A stretch of DNA of 24,681 nucleotides from Myxococcales bacterium (GTDB lineage Bacteria; Myxococcota_A; UBA9042; JABWCM01; BTVJ01): the NCBI GenBank assembly GCA_045863395.1, contig BTVJ01000102.1:1-24681 (forward strand), given 5' to 3'. Each line of letters begins with the position of its first letter. Within the stretch, counting starts at the first letter, position 1. This document shows, piece after piece, positions 16,482 through 24,681 of this stretch. Made by a program: the position numbers and the translations under genes. Under the pieces are notes generated by a model, which was not told where the DNA came from, made no database searches, and worked only from the letters and a program-made list of their open reading frames with translations.

Positions 16482-17128
16482 ACGGCCTCGAGGTCCTCGG
16501 CTGGGTGGGCTCGCTGCTCCTCGCCATCTCCCTCTCCATGCGCAACATCTGGCGCCTGCGCCTGTGGAACCTGGCCGGGGCGACGGTCTTCGCCATGTAC
16601 GGCGCGCTGATCGGCGCGTGGCCCGTGGTGCTCCTCGACGGCTACATCGCGGCCATCGACCTCGTGCACATCTGGCGCATGAAGCGAAAGCGGGACTTCT
16701 TCGAGCTGCTCGACATCCCCTACCGGTACAACGCGTTCGTCGCGCGCTTCCTGGTGTTCCACGGCGACGACATCGCCCGCTACTTCCCGCGGTTCGTGCT
16801 CGGAGAGGTGACGACGCCGGTGATCACGCTGACGCTCAGGAACATGATGCCGGTGGGCATCTTCGTCCACGAGGTCCATGGCGACGAGGCGCTGGTCCAC
16901 CTGGACTACGTGGTGCGGGAGTACCGCGACCTGGCCAACGCCCGGCACCTGTTCCGGCGCCTCGGGGACGACCTGGCGGCCGCCGGGGTGCGGCGCATGG
17001 TGGCGCCGTCATTCCACCCGGACCACGACCGCTACCTGGGGCGCATGGGGTTCCGCAAGTTGCCCGGAGGCGAAGAGGGGCGGTCCACCTGGGAGCTCCC
17101 CCTCCCTCTCAGCGCTCCGGTTCGGTGA
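16478..17128 (+). CDS. YgjV-like inner-membrane protein with a soluble GNAT-like C-terminal domain
   Basis: GTG overlaps the upstream TGA (GTGA). Hydrophobic N-terminus LGWVGSLLLAISLSM..LRLWNLAGA..YG..I.AWPV; C-terminal LDYVVREYRD...YLGRMGF. Confidence 0.8.
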   Translation: MNGLEVLGWVGSLLLAISLSMRNIWRLRLWNLAGATVFAMYGALIGAWPVVLLDGYIAAIDLVHIWRMKRKRDFFELLDIPYRYNAFVARFLVFHGDDIARYFPRFVLGEVTTPVITLTLRNMMPVGIFVHEVHGDEALVHLDYVVREYRDLANARHLFRRLGDDLAAAGVRRMVAPSFHPDHDRYLGRMGFRKLPGGEEGRSTWELPLPLSAPVR

Positions 17129-17594
17129 GGGCGCTCGTCAGCATCGTGACGTGGCGCATCTCCTCCTTGATCAGGGCGTCGAGGGGCGCGGTGTCCAGGC
17201 CCGGGGGCAGCGCCTCCTTGAGGCCCGCGTAGTAGGCGATGGCGTCCTTCTCGAAGCCGATGGCGAGGCGCAGCACGTCGTCCGCGGTCTCTCCGCCCCG
17301 GAGGACGGCCGGGTTGGCACCGAATACCGCCGCGCCGGCCAGGGCGCGCAGGTACGAGACGGCGTCCTGGTCGGCGTCGGTCCAGTCAGCGACGGGCGTC
17401 GGGCCGAGGAGCTGCGTCCGCAGCTCCTGGAAGGTCACCTCGTGGTCCTGCTCCAGCAGCGCCAGGCGATGGAAGAGCGCCCGGACGCGGTGGTCTGAGG
17501 CGGTGTCTGCCGCCTTGCGGTAGAACTCCGCGCCGTTTCTCTCGATCTGCTCGGCGATGTCGAAGACCTCGCTCGCGCTGAAGAACATGCTCAT
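17109..17594 (-). CDS. Ferritin-like/rubrerythrin-family protein
   Basis: AEQIERNGAEFY, LEQDH, AIGFEKDAIAYY, EEMRH di-iron motifs. AGGAG RBS before ATG 17594. Confidence 0.9.
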   Translation of the reverse strand: MSMFFSASEVFDIAEQIERNGAEFYRKAADTASDHRVRALFHRLALLEQDHEVTFQELRTQLLGPTPVADWTDADQDAVSYLRALAGAAVFGANPAVLRGGETADDVLRLAIGFEKDAIAYYAGLKEALPPGLDTAPLDALIKEEMRHVTMLTSALTEPER

Positions 17595-17682
17595 GGGTCG
17601 CTCCTGCTGCGGCGCACCGAGCGCCGACGGCCCAGGGTAGGCGCAGGGGGGACACCGGGGCAACCCAAGGCGGCGGCGGATG

Positions 17683-18579
17683 TTACAAACCCGCCTCCGC
17701 GGCGGTGATCTCGCGCAGGCCCCGGGTCGGGCCCGCGTTGATGAAGCGGCCGGGCACGCAGGTGGCGACGAAGGGGGCGAAGTGGCGGGTCGGGTGCTTG
17801 GCCGTGATGGTGTAGACCCCCGGCGGGACGTTGGCCCACACCACGCCCCCGTCCACCGTCGTCTCGGTCAGGGTGCGATCAGGGATGGTCAGCTCGTCGA
17901 AGTACACCGTGTCGGCGATTGGCGGGTCGGCATGGGCGGTCGCGCCTGCCACGCCGTGGGCGCCATAGGCCACGAAGTCGCCGAGGTCCAGGTCCCGCAC
18001 CTCGATGGTGTTGGCCGTCGTGGAGATCTGGCAGCGCTCCGGGTCCACCTCCGTCTCCAGGGCGTAGGCGAACATGGTGAAGATCGCGTTCTCCACCATC
18101 TGGAAGTTCACGTGGTCCAGGTCGCCGGTCAGGGTGAAGGTCTGCAGGTGCATGAGCGCGAAGCCCTTGGCCTCGGCGTAGGGGGTGACCGGGGCCCCCG
18201 TGGGGACCTCCAGGCTCCAGGTGCCGTCGGCGGCGCTGGTCGTCTCCAGGTCGGGGAGCTCGGCGATGCGGATCACCGCGCCCTCGATGGGCTTGCCCTT
18301 GCCGGCGAAGGCGAAGGCCCAGCCGGTGAGCGTAGCCGTTGGGGGGACGTAGACGTCGGCGACGTCGGCGGCCTGGGCGGAGTCGGAGACCAGGGCGTCC
18401 GCGGGGATGGCCGCGTCCGGGAGCCCCGCCGAGTCGGCGCCAGGCACGTCGGAGCCGGGCGCGTCCACGGCAGCGTCCGCGATGGGCGCGTCCACGGCGG
18501 TGTCGGTCGAGCCGCCCCCCGTTGAGGAAGGCTCCGCGTCACAGGCGACGAGGGCGAGCACGAGCAGCCAGCGGTTCAC
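17683..18579 (-). CDS. Lipoprotein with carboxypeptidase regulatory-like beta-sandwich domains
   Basis: GGAGG RBS, GTG 18579, lipobox LALVAC, Asp/Ala-rich linker, PIEGAVI...TTSAADGTWSL, NVPPGVYTITA. Confidence 0.75.
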   Translation of the reverse strand: MNRWLLVLALVACDAEPSSTGGGSTDTAVDAPIADAAVDAPGSDVPGADSAGLPDAAIPADALVSDSAQAADVADVYVPPTATLTGWAFAFAGKGKPIEGAVIRIAELPDLETTSAADGTWSLEVPTGAPVTPYAEAKGFALMHLQTFTLTGDLDHVNFQMVENAIFTMFAYALETEVDPERCQISTTANTIEVRDLDLGDFVAYGAHGVAGATAHADPPIADTVYFDELTIPDRTLTETTVDGGVVWANVPPGVYTITAKHPTRHFAPFVATCVPGRFINAGPTRGLREITAAEAGL

Positions 18580-18639
18580 GAGGCACCTCCATGTCCGGCG
18601 AGACTGTGTGCCCCGTGAACCGGCTCGTGTCAACGCCGA

Positions 18640-19773
18640 TCAGCGCAGCCGCCGGTACAGGACCATCGCAGCCGTCAGGAACACGGTGAGCCCGATGCCG
18701 GCCATGGCGGCGAGCTGGGGCAGCAGATCCCCGATACCGGCCCCCTTGAGGAGCACGGCGCGCATCACCTCCACGAAGTGGCGCACGGGGTCGACGATGG
18801 ACAGGGGCTGGAGCCAGTCCGGCATGTTCTGGACGGGGGTCATGAAGCCGGAGAGCAGGATGGCGGGCATCACGATGAAGAAGGCCCCCATGAAGGCCTG
18901 CTGCTGGTTCCTGGCGATGCTGCTCAGGAGGAGCCCGATGCCGAGGGTGGAGAGCAGGTAGAGAGAGCCCCCGAGCAGCACGACGAGCAGGTTCCCCCGG
19001 AGGGGCACGCCGAAGATCCAGGCGCCGGCCGCGACCACGAGCCCCAGATCGGCGAGGCCGATGACCGCGTAGGGCAGAGTCTTCCCAAGGACGAGGGTGA
19101 CCGGCGAGATCGGGGTGACCATCACCTGCTCCAGGGTGCCCATCTCCCGCTCCCGGGCGAGGCCCATGGACGTGACGACGACCGTGACAATCAGCAGCAG
19201 GGTGGCGGCGACACCGGGGACGAAATAGATTCGACTCTCCAGGGTCGGGTTGTAGAACACGCGGGGTTCGACGCGGACCTGCGAGAATCGGGGGGCGGCG
19301 CCCATGGTCGCGGCCACCGCCTGGATGCGGTCCCTCATGAGCGCCAGCGACCGGGACACGCCGTAGGCAGACAGGGCGCTCTGTGCGACGATGGCGCGGT
19401 TCGAGTCTCCCCCGTCCACCAGGGCCTGTACCTGGGCGGGGCGGCCACGCGCCAGGTCGCGGGAGAAGCCCCGGGGGACGATGACGGCGACGGGCACCGC
19501 CCCCCGCTCGACCAGGGCGAGGGCGCCGGTGACGTCCTCATGGGCGACGAGATCGAAGGTGTCACCGGCCGCCAGGCCCTCGATGAACCGGCGGCTCTCC
19601 GGGGTGCGGTCCTCGTCCACGGCGACGAGCGGGATGTGCACCACGTCCAGGTTGACGGCGAAGCCGAGCACGATGAGCTGCATCAGCGGCGCGATGATCA
19701 GGAGCGCGATCATCCGCTTGTCGCGGAAGGTCTGCCGCAGTTCTTTGGACATCAGGGCGAAGAGCGCTGACAT
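18640..19773 (-). CDS. ABC-2 type exporter permease (YbhR-like)
   Basis: KELRQTFRD, FYNP, AREREMGTLEQVMVTP, LLSGFMTPVQNMP. Confidence 0.93.
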   Translation of the reverse strand: MSALFALMSKELRQTFRDKRMIALLIIAPLMQLIVLGFAVNLDVVHIPLVAVDEDRTPESRRFIEGLAAGDTFDLVAHEDVTGALALVERGAVPVAVIVPRGFSRDLARGRPAQVQALVDGGDSNRAIVAQSALSAYGVSRSLALMRDRIQAVAATMGAAPRFSQVRVEPRVFYNPTLESRIYFVPGVAATLLLIVTVVVTSMGLAREREMGTLEQVMVTPISPVTLVLGKTLPYAVIGLADLGLVVAAGAWIFGVPLRGNLLVVLLGGSLYLLSTLGIGLLLSSIARNQQQAFMGAFFIVMPAILLSGFMTPVQNMPDWLQPLSIVDPVRHFVEVMRAVLLKGAGIGDLLPQLAAMAGIGLTVFLTAAMVLYRRLR

Positions 19774-19785
19774 GCTCGGGGCCTC

Positions 19786-20907
19786 CTACGCCACCGTCCG
19801 GCGGAAGCGCTTCGTCGCGATGGCCAGCAGCACCAGGAAGAAGGCCCCCATGGCCAGCATGTCGGGGCCGACCACATCGAGGCCATTGCCGCGCAGGAGA
19901 ATCGCCCGCAGCCCGTGCACCAGGTAGCGGGCGGGCATGACCGACGCGATGCCCTGGAGCACGAGCGGCATGTTCTCGACCGGGAACATGAAGCCCGAGA
20001 GCAGGAGCGCCGGCAGCATGGTGGAGATGACCGCCACCTGGCTCGCGACCATCTGGTTGCGGGTCACGACGCTGATCACGATGCCCTGCATGAGCATCGC
20101 CAGCAGAAACACCGACGCGACGCAGAACAGGAGCGGCAACGAGCCCCTCACGGGCACGTCGAAGAGCCACACCCCGAGGGTCACCACCAACAGCACCTGC
20201 ACCTGCCCGAGGACGAAGTACGGGGCCACCTTCCCCAGAATCACCTCCAGGCGGGCGACGGGGGTCGTGAAGAGCTGCTCCATGGAGCCGCGCTCATACT
20301 CCCGGGCGATGGTCAGCGCCGTCAGCATGACCGCCCCGATGACCAGGATGACGACGATGAGGCCGGGCACCAGGAACACGGAGCTGCGGAGCGCCGGGTT
20401 GAACAACATGCGCGGGCGCATGTCGATGGGCGGCTCGAACGTGCCCATCACCCGCGCCACGTCTGCCTGTGACTGGGACATGGCAACGGCATTCGCGTAG
20501 CCGAGGGCGATGGACGCGGTCATGTTGTCGGAGCCGTCGAGGAGGAGCTGGGCGACGGCCTCCCGGCCCGCGCGCCGCGCCGCGTCGAAGCCGTGGGGGA
20601 TCACCAGCGCAGACCGCGCGATGGAGCGACGAAACAGGGTCTCCGCTGCGTCCGGCGCGTCTGTCCGGGCGATCTCGTGGAAGGTGTCCGACGCCGTGAA
20701 GGCATCGACGAGCTGCCGCGAGGCCGGGGAGCGGTCCTGGTCGACGACGACGAGCGGGGTGTGCTCCACGTCGAAGGAGACCGCGTAGCCGAAGAGGAGG
20801 ATCAGCACGACCGGCATCCCGAGCGCGAAGGCGAGGATCTGAGGGTCTCGCAGGATGTGCATGACCTCCTTGGTCGCCATGGCGCGGACTCGCAGGAGCA
20901 CCCTCAT
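19786..20907 (-). CDS. ABC-2 type exporter permease (YbhS-like)
   Basis: KEVMHILRD, FNP, AREYERGSMEQL, LLSGFMFPVENMP. ATG 20907 overlaps the upstream stop. Confidence 0.93.
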   Translation of the reverse strand: MRVLLRVRAMATKEVMHILRDPQILAFALGMPVVLILLFGYAVSFDVEHTPLVVVDQDRSPASRQLVDAFTASDTFHEIARTDAPDAAETLFRRSIARSALVIPHGFDAARRAGREAVAQLLLDGSDNMTASIALGYANAVAMSQSQADVARVMGTFEPPIDMRPRMLFNPALRSSVFLVPGLIVVILVIGAVMLTALTIAREYERGSMEQLFTTPVARLEVILGKVAPYFVLGQVQVLLVVTLGVWLFDVPVRGSLPLLFCVASVFLLAMLMQGIVISVVTRNQMVASQVAVISTMLPALLLSGFMFPVENMPLVLQGIASVMPARYLVHGLRAILLRGNGLDVVGPDMLAMGAFFLVLLAIATKRFRRTVA

Positions 20908-21869
20908 GACGCGCCCCCGCGCCCGACGAGCTCCAGAAAGACGTCCTCCAGGGTGGGGTCGACGCGCTCCATTGTCGTGCCGGCAGACGCGGATCCCAGG
21001 GCGGCACGGAGAGACTCGGGTGTCGCCAGAGACTCTGCCGTCCGAACGCGAACCGCCTGACCGTAGGGCTGAATCTGAAGGACGTCGCTGCGGCCGGCGA
21101 GCGCGTCTCGGACGGAGCGGGCGGAGACCCCCTCGACGCTCCACGTCAGCCCCGGCACGTGCTCCCGCTTGAGGCCGGCGGGAGTGTCGAGGGCCACGAG
21201 GCGCCCGTCCACCATCAGGCCGACCCGCTCACAATACTCGGCCTCGTCCAGGTGGTGCGTGGTGACGAAGAGAGTCGTCCCTCCCTGGGCGAGCTGGCGG
21301 ATCACGCGCCAGAAGCTGCGCCGGGCTGTGGGATCCACGCCCGCGGTCGGCTCGTCGAGGAACAGCACCCGCGGCTCGTGGAGCAGCGCAGACGCCAGGG
21401 CGAGGCGCTGGCGGATTCCGCCGGGCAGCTCGCGGGTCAGGGTCGCGCGGCGGTCCGTCAGGGAGGCCATCTCCAGCGACGCCGCGATGCGGGAGCGGCG
21501 CCGGCTCCCCGAGAGCCCGTAGGCCCCCGCGAAGAAGGTCAGGTTCTCCTCGACGGTGAGGTCCATGTAGAGAGAGAACTTCTGCGACATATAGCCGATG
21601 GCCCGCTTCACGCCGAGGGGGTGAGCGATATCGACGCCGGCGACCGTGGCGTGGCCCTCCGTGGGGGGCAGCAGGCCGCACAGCATGCGGATGGTCGTGC
21701 TCTTGCCCGCCCCGTTGGCGCCGAGATAGCCGAAGATCTCACCCCGGCGGACGTGGAAGCTCACCCGGTCGACGGCGGTGAAGGCCCCGAAGCGCCGGGT
21801 GAGCTCGCGCACCTCGATGATCCGGTCGGTCGGGGCGGACGCGGCGGACGAGGCAGACGAAGCGTTCAT
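20904..21869 (-). CDS. ABC transporter ATP-binding protein
   Basis: GANGAGKST, LPGG, FLDEPT, TTH. ATG 21869 is coupled to the upstream stop. Confidence 0.95.
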   Translation of the reverse strand: MNASSASSAASAPTDRIIEVRELTRRFGAFTAVDRVSFHVRRGEIFGYLGANGAGKSTTIRMLCGLLPPTEGHATVAGVDIAHPLGVKRAIGYMSQKFSLYMDLTVEENLTFFAGAYGLSGSRRRSRIAASLEMASLTDRRATLTRELPGGIRQRLALASALLHEPRVLFLDEPTAGVDPTARRSFWRVIRQLAQGGTTLFVTTHHLDEAEYCERVGLMVDGRLVALDTPAGLKREHVPGLTWSVEGVSARSVRDALAGRSDVLQIQPYGQAVRVRTAESLATPESLRAALGSASAGTTMERVDPTLEDVFLELVGRGGAS

Positions 21870-22789
21870 GGGGCCTCCGCATCGGCGAGCAGCCCCAAGA
21901 ACACGTCGTCGAAGTCGGGGCTCACCGCGGAGATGGACCTGACCCTGCCCGTCCCGTCGAGCAGGGCGCGCATCTCCGCCTCGGCACCCTCGCGCACCAC
22001 GACGCGCAGGGACGCGCCATGGGGCGACCAGGCGAGGACGTCGCTCGCCTGCAGGAGCTCCTCGATGGCCGCGCGATCCGCCGGGTCTCGTGGCGTCACG
22101 AGCAGGGTCGGGTGCTTGAAGGCGCGGGTCAGGGCGCGCGGGTCCCCCTCGGCGAGGAGCCGCCCGGCGTGGAGCAGCCCCACCCGGTTGCAGCGCGCCG
22201 CCTCGTCCATGTACGGCGTCGCGAGCAGCACGGCCATGCCCTCGCCGGTCAGCTCGTGGAGCAGGTCCCACAGCTCGCGGCGGCTGACCGGGTCGACGCC
22301 GTTGGTCGGCTCGTCGAGCACGAGGATGCGCGGGCGGTGGAGCAGCGCGCAGGCGAGGGCGAGCTTCTTGTACATGCCCCCCGAGAGGGCATCGGCGCGG
22401 CGGGCGCCGAAGCGCTCCAGGCGGGTGAGGGCGAGCAGGCGGGCGCGCCGCTCGGCCAGGTCCTTGCGGCGGAGCCCGAACAAGGCCCCGAAGAACTGGA
22501 TGTTCTCGTCGATGCTCAGGTCCCCGTAGAGGCTGTACTGCTGCGGCATGTACCCGATGGTCTCGCGGACGCCGCGATCCGTCAGGGAGCGTCCCCCCAC
22601 TCGCACCTCGCCCTCGCTGGCGTCGATCAACCCCGTCATCATGCGGATGGTCGTAGTCTTGCCCGCGCCGTCGGGGCCCACCAGCCCATAGAGCTCCCCC
22701 TCGGCGATGGACAGCGAGAGGCCCCGCACGGCCTGGGCGGTGCCGAAGCTGCGCACGAGGGCGCTCGCCTCCAGCGCGGGGGCGCTCAC
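21866..22789 (-). CDS. ABC transporter ATP-binding protein
   Basis: GPDGAGKTT, LSGG, VLDEPT, TPYMDEA. GTG 22789 is coupled to the upstream stop. Confidence 0.95.
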   Translation of the reverse strand: MSAPALEASALVRSFGTAQAVRGLSLSIAEGELYGLVGPDGAGKTTTIRMMTGLIDASEGEVRVGGRSLTDRGVRETIGYMPQQYSLYGDLSIDENIQFFGALFGLRRKDLAERRARLLALTRLERFGARRADALSGGMYKKLALACALLHRPRILVLDEPTNGVDPVSRRELWDLLHELTGEGMAVLLATPYMDEAARCNRVGLLHAGRLLAEGDPRALTRAFKHPTLLVTPRDPADRAAIEELLQASDVLAWSPHGASLRVVVREGAEAEMRALLDGTGRVRSISAVSPDFDDVFLGLLADAEAP

Positions 22790-23880
22790 GGGGTCCTCTC
22801 GGTGCCAGGGATGCGCACCTCCACGGGCATGCCGGGCCGCAAGGCGCCGTCTCCGTTGGGGACGGCGACGACGACGGCGTACACCAGGCGGTCCCGGTCC
22901 TCGCGGGTCTGCACGTTGCGCGGAGTGAACTCGGCGCCCGTTCCCACGCGGCGGATGGAGCCCGCGAAGACCCGGTCCGGGAAGGAGTCGGCGATCACCT
23001 CGACGGCGCGCCCGGGGGCGGCGGCGCCCAGCTCGGCGTTGGGCAGGTAGAACGTGGCCTCCACCTCGGAGAGGTCGACCAGGGTCAGGATGCGTGCCCC
23101 CGGCGTGACCGCCTCCCCCGGCTCGTAGGCGCGGGTGAGGACGACGCCACCACGCGGCGCGGTCAACCTGCACTCGGCGACGGCGACGGCGGCCCGGTCC
23201 CGAGCAGCCCGCGCTGCGTCGACCTGCTTCTCTGCCGCCGCGACCTGCGCCTCGGCGAGCCGCACCTGGAGCTCCGCCGTGCCCCGGCCGCCAGCGACGA
23301 CCCGCGCCTGGGCGTCGGCGGCCCGCGCCGTCGCCTCGACGGCGGCCATCTGCCGGTCGATGCCCGCCGCCTGGCTCTCGGCCTGGTCGAGCTGCTGCTC
23401 CGAGGCGCCGCCGGACGGGACGACCTGCGAGAGGCGCTGCGCCGCCCGCTCCGCCGCCTCCTTCTGCACCTTGAGCGCCTGACGCTGGGCGCGGGTGGCC
23501 TTGGCGCCCGCCGCCGCCGCCTCGTGCTGGCGCTCGGCGGTGTCCACGGTGCTGCGCGCGATGTCGATGCCCACTCGCGCCGCCGCGACGGCGGCCTCGG
23601 TGGCGGCGACGCCCGCCTCGGCCTGGGCGAGGGCGGCGCGGGGCTCGGCGCACTCGAGCTCCACGACCAGGGCGCCCGCGTCCACGGAGTCTCCCTCGGA
23701 GGGGCCGATGCGCAGGATCCGGTCGGGGATGCGCGCGACGACGTCCACCTCGGTCCCCTCGACGGTGGCGCTGCCGCCCGACGGTCGCGCCGCCTCCGCC
23801 GCCTGCTTCTGCAGTCGCAGGTAGAGGGCCACGGAGATCCCGGCCACCAGCACCACGAACACGACGAACACCCGCTTCAC
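22786..23880 (-). CDS. HlyD-family periplasmic adaptor (YbhG-like)
   Basis: N-terminal TM segment, lipoyl-like halves around a coiled coil, EFTPRNVQT...LVY, LRPGMP. Confidence 0.93.
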   Translation of the reverse strand: MKRVFVVFVVLVAGISVALYLRLQKQAAEAARPSGGSATVEGTEVDVVARIPDRILRIGPSEGDSVDAGALVVELECAEPRAALAQAEAGVAATEAAVAAARVGIDIARSTVDTAERQHEAAAAGAKATRAQRQALKVQKEAAERAAQRLSQVVPSGGASEQQLDQAESQAAGIDRQMAAVEATARAADAQARVVAGGRGTAELQVRLAEAQVAAAEKQVDAARAARDRAAVAVAECRLTAPRGGVVLTRAYEPGEAVTPGARILTLVDLSEVEATFYLPNAELGAAAPGRAVEVIADSFPDRVFAGSIRRVGTGAEFTPRNVQTREDRDRLVYAVVVAVPNGDGALRPGMPVEVRIPGTERTP

Positions 23881-24680
23881 CGCACCACCTCCCGCGTCTC
23901 GACCCCTGTCTGCCCCCGCGCCCGCAGCGCGTCTGCCGCGGCCATGGCCGCCTCGAAGCGCGCGTTCAGCGCCGCCATCCGCGCGCCGTCGAGGGCGGCC
24001 TCCGCCTGGCGCACCTCCAGCTCGGTCCCCGCGCCCGCAGCGACCGCCGCCCGCGCCGCCCGCGCGTAGACGGCGGCGGTCTCCTCGGCGCGGGCCGCCG
24101 CTCCGGCGTTCGCGTGGGCCGTGCGCAGGCGGGCGCCCGCGTCGATGGTGGCGCGCTCGGCCTCGTCGCGGGCCGCCTGCTCCAGCGCCCGCAGCTCGGC
24201 GACCCGGGCCGCCGCCTCGTCGCGTTGGCGGCTCCGAAGCAGCCCGTCGAACACGGGCCAGCTCAGCGCCACGCCCACCTGGTACTGCATGTCCCAGCCG
24301 CTGTCGGCGAAGGCGCTCTCCGGGGTCTGCACGCCGAAGGAGGCTCCAACGTCCACCGTAGGCCAGTAGCCGCGCCCGAGGGCCTCGTGGCTGCGCGTGG
24401 CGGCGTCCGCAAGCGCTGCGACGCGGGCGACGGCTGGCGGGGTGGCATCCGCGGCGGGCGCGAGGTCGGGCGACGCGGCCAGCACGACGGGCCCCTCTGG
24501 CAGCCCCGCGAGCAGGCGCAGGGTGTCCACCGCCCGGTCCCGCCCGATGAGCGCGGCGTCACGGCGCGCCTCCAGCTCTGCGACCCGGGCCTCCAGCCCC
24601 GCGACGGCGACCGCGTTGCCGAGGCCGGCACTCTGCTGCGCGGAGGCGACGGCCAGGTCCGCCCGGGTGCTCGCGAGCGA
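23877..24680 (-). CDS. TolC-family outer membrane efflux protein (5' partial)
   Basis: Frame is open to the window edge. YWPTVDV, VGVALSWPVFDG, GAGTELEVRQAE; lies upstream of the HlyD gene. Confidence 0.85.
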   Translation of the reverse strand, partial: SLASTRADLAVASAQQSAGLGNAVAVAGLEARVAELEARRDAALIGRDRAVDTLRLLAGLPEGPVVLAASPDLAPAADATPPAVARVAALADAATRSHEALGRGYWPTVDVGASFGVQTPESAFADSGWDMQYQVGVALSWPVFDGLLRSRQRDEAAARVAELRALEQAARDEAERATIDAGARLRTAHANAGAAARAEETAAVYARAARAAVAAGAGTELEVRQAEAALDGARMAALNARFEAAMAAADALRARGQTGVETREVVR

Positions 24681-24681
24681 G

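Noticed and set aside
18640..24681. ABC exporter operon as a novel system
   Set aside because: It is an ordinary TolC/YbhG/ATPase x2/permease x2 arrangement, and split ATPase genes are common.

Overview
Very GC-rich bacterial DNA whose gene content suggests Myxococcota/deltaproteobacteria (inference). The left ~9.8 kb is a rearranged accessory, defence-like island. It has two directly oriented IS91/ISCR-family right ends (1-325 and 4574-4813), the first carrying a triplicated oriIS-like motif. Between them lie a translationally coupled minus-strand cassette (XRE-HTH/ImmA-IrrE metallopeptidase with an extra helical domain, a putative permuted papain-like Cys hydrolase, a truncated SNF2 helicase) and a 5'-truncated HUH transposase. 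These are followed by an intact SNF2 helicase, a YqhG-like Zn-finger/wHTH partner and a truncated GHKL ATPase. The right ~15 kb looks like core genome: a lipoprotein fusing a PGRP-type amidase to a GH114 glycoside hydrolase, ppa, a NapG/MauM-like polyferredoxin, a Cys-rich repeat lipoprotein, a hotdog-fold protein, a YgjV-like membrane protein, a ferritin/rubrerythrin-like protein, another lipoprotein and a TolC/HlyD/ABC-2 (YbhGFSR-like) exporter operon. The best novelty candidates are the HTH-peptidase + papain-like cassette, the amidase-GH114 fusion and the tandem oriIS array. All family calls come from motif recognition by eye; no database searches were run.
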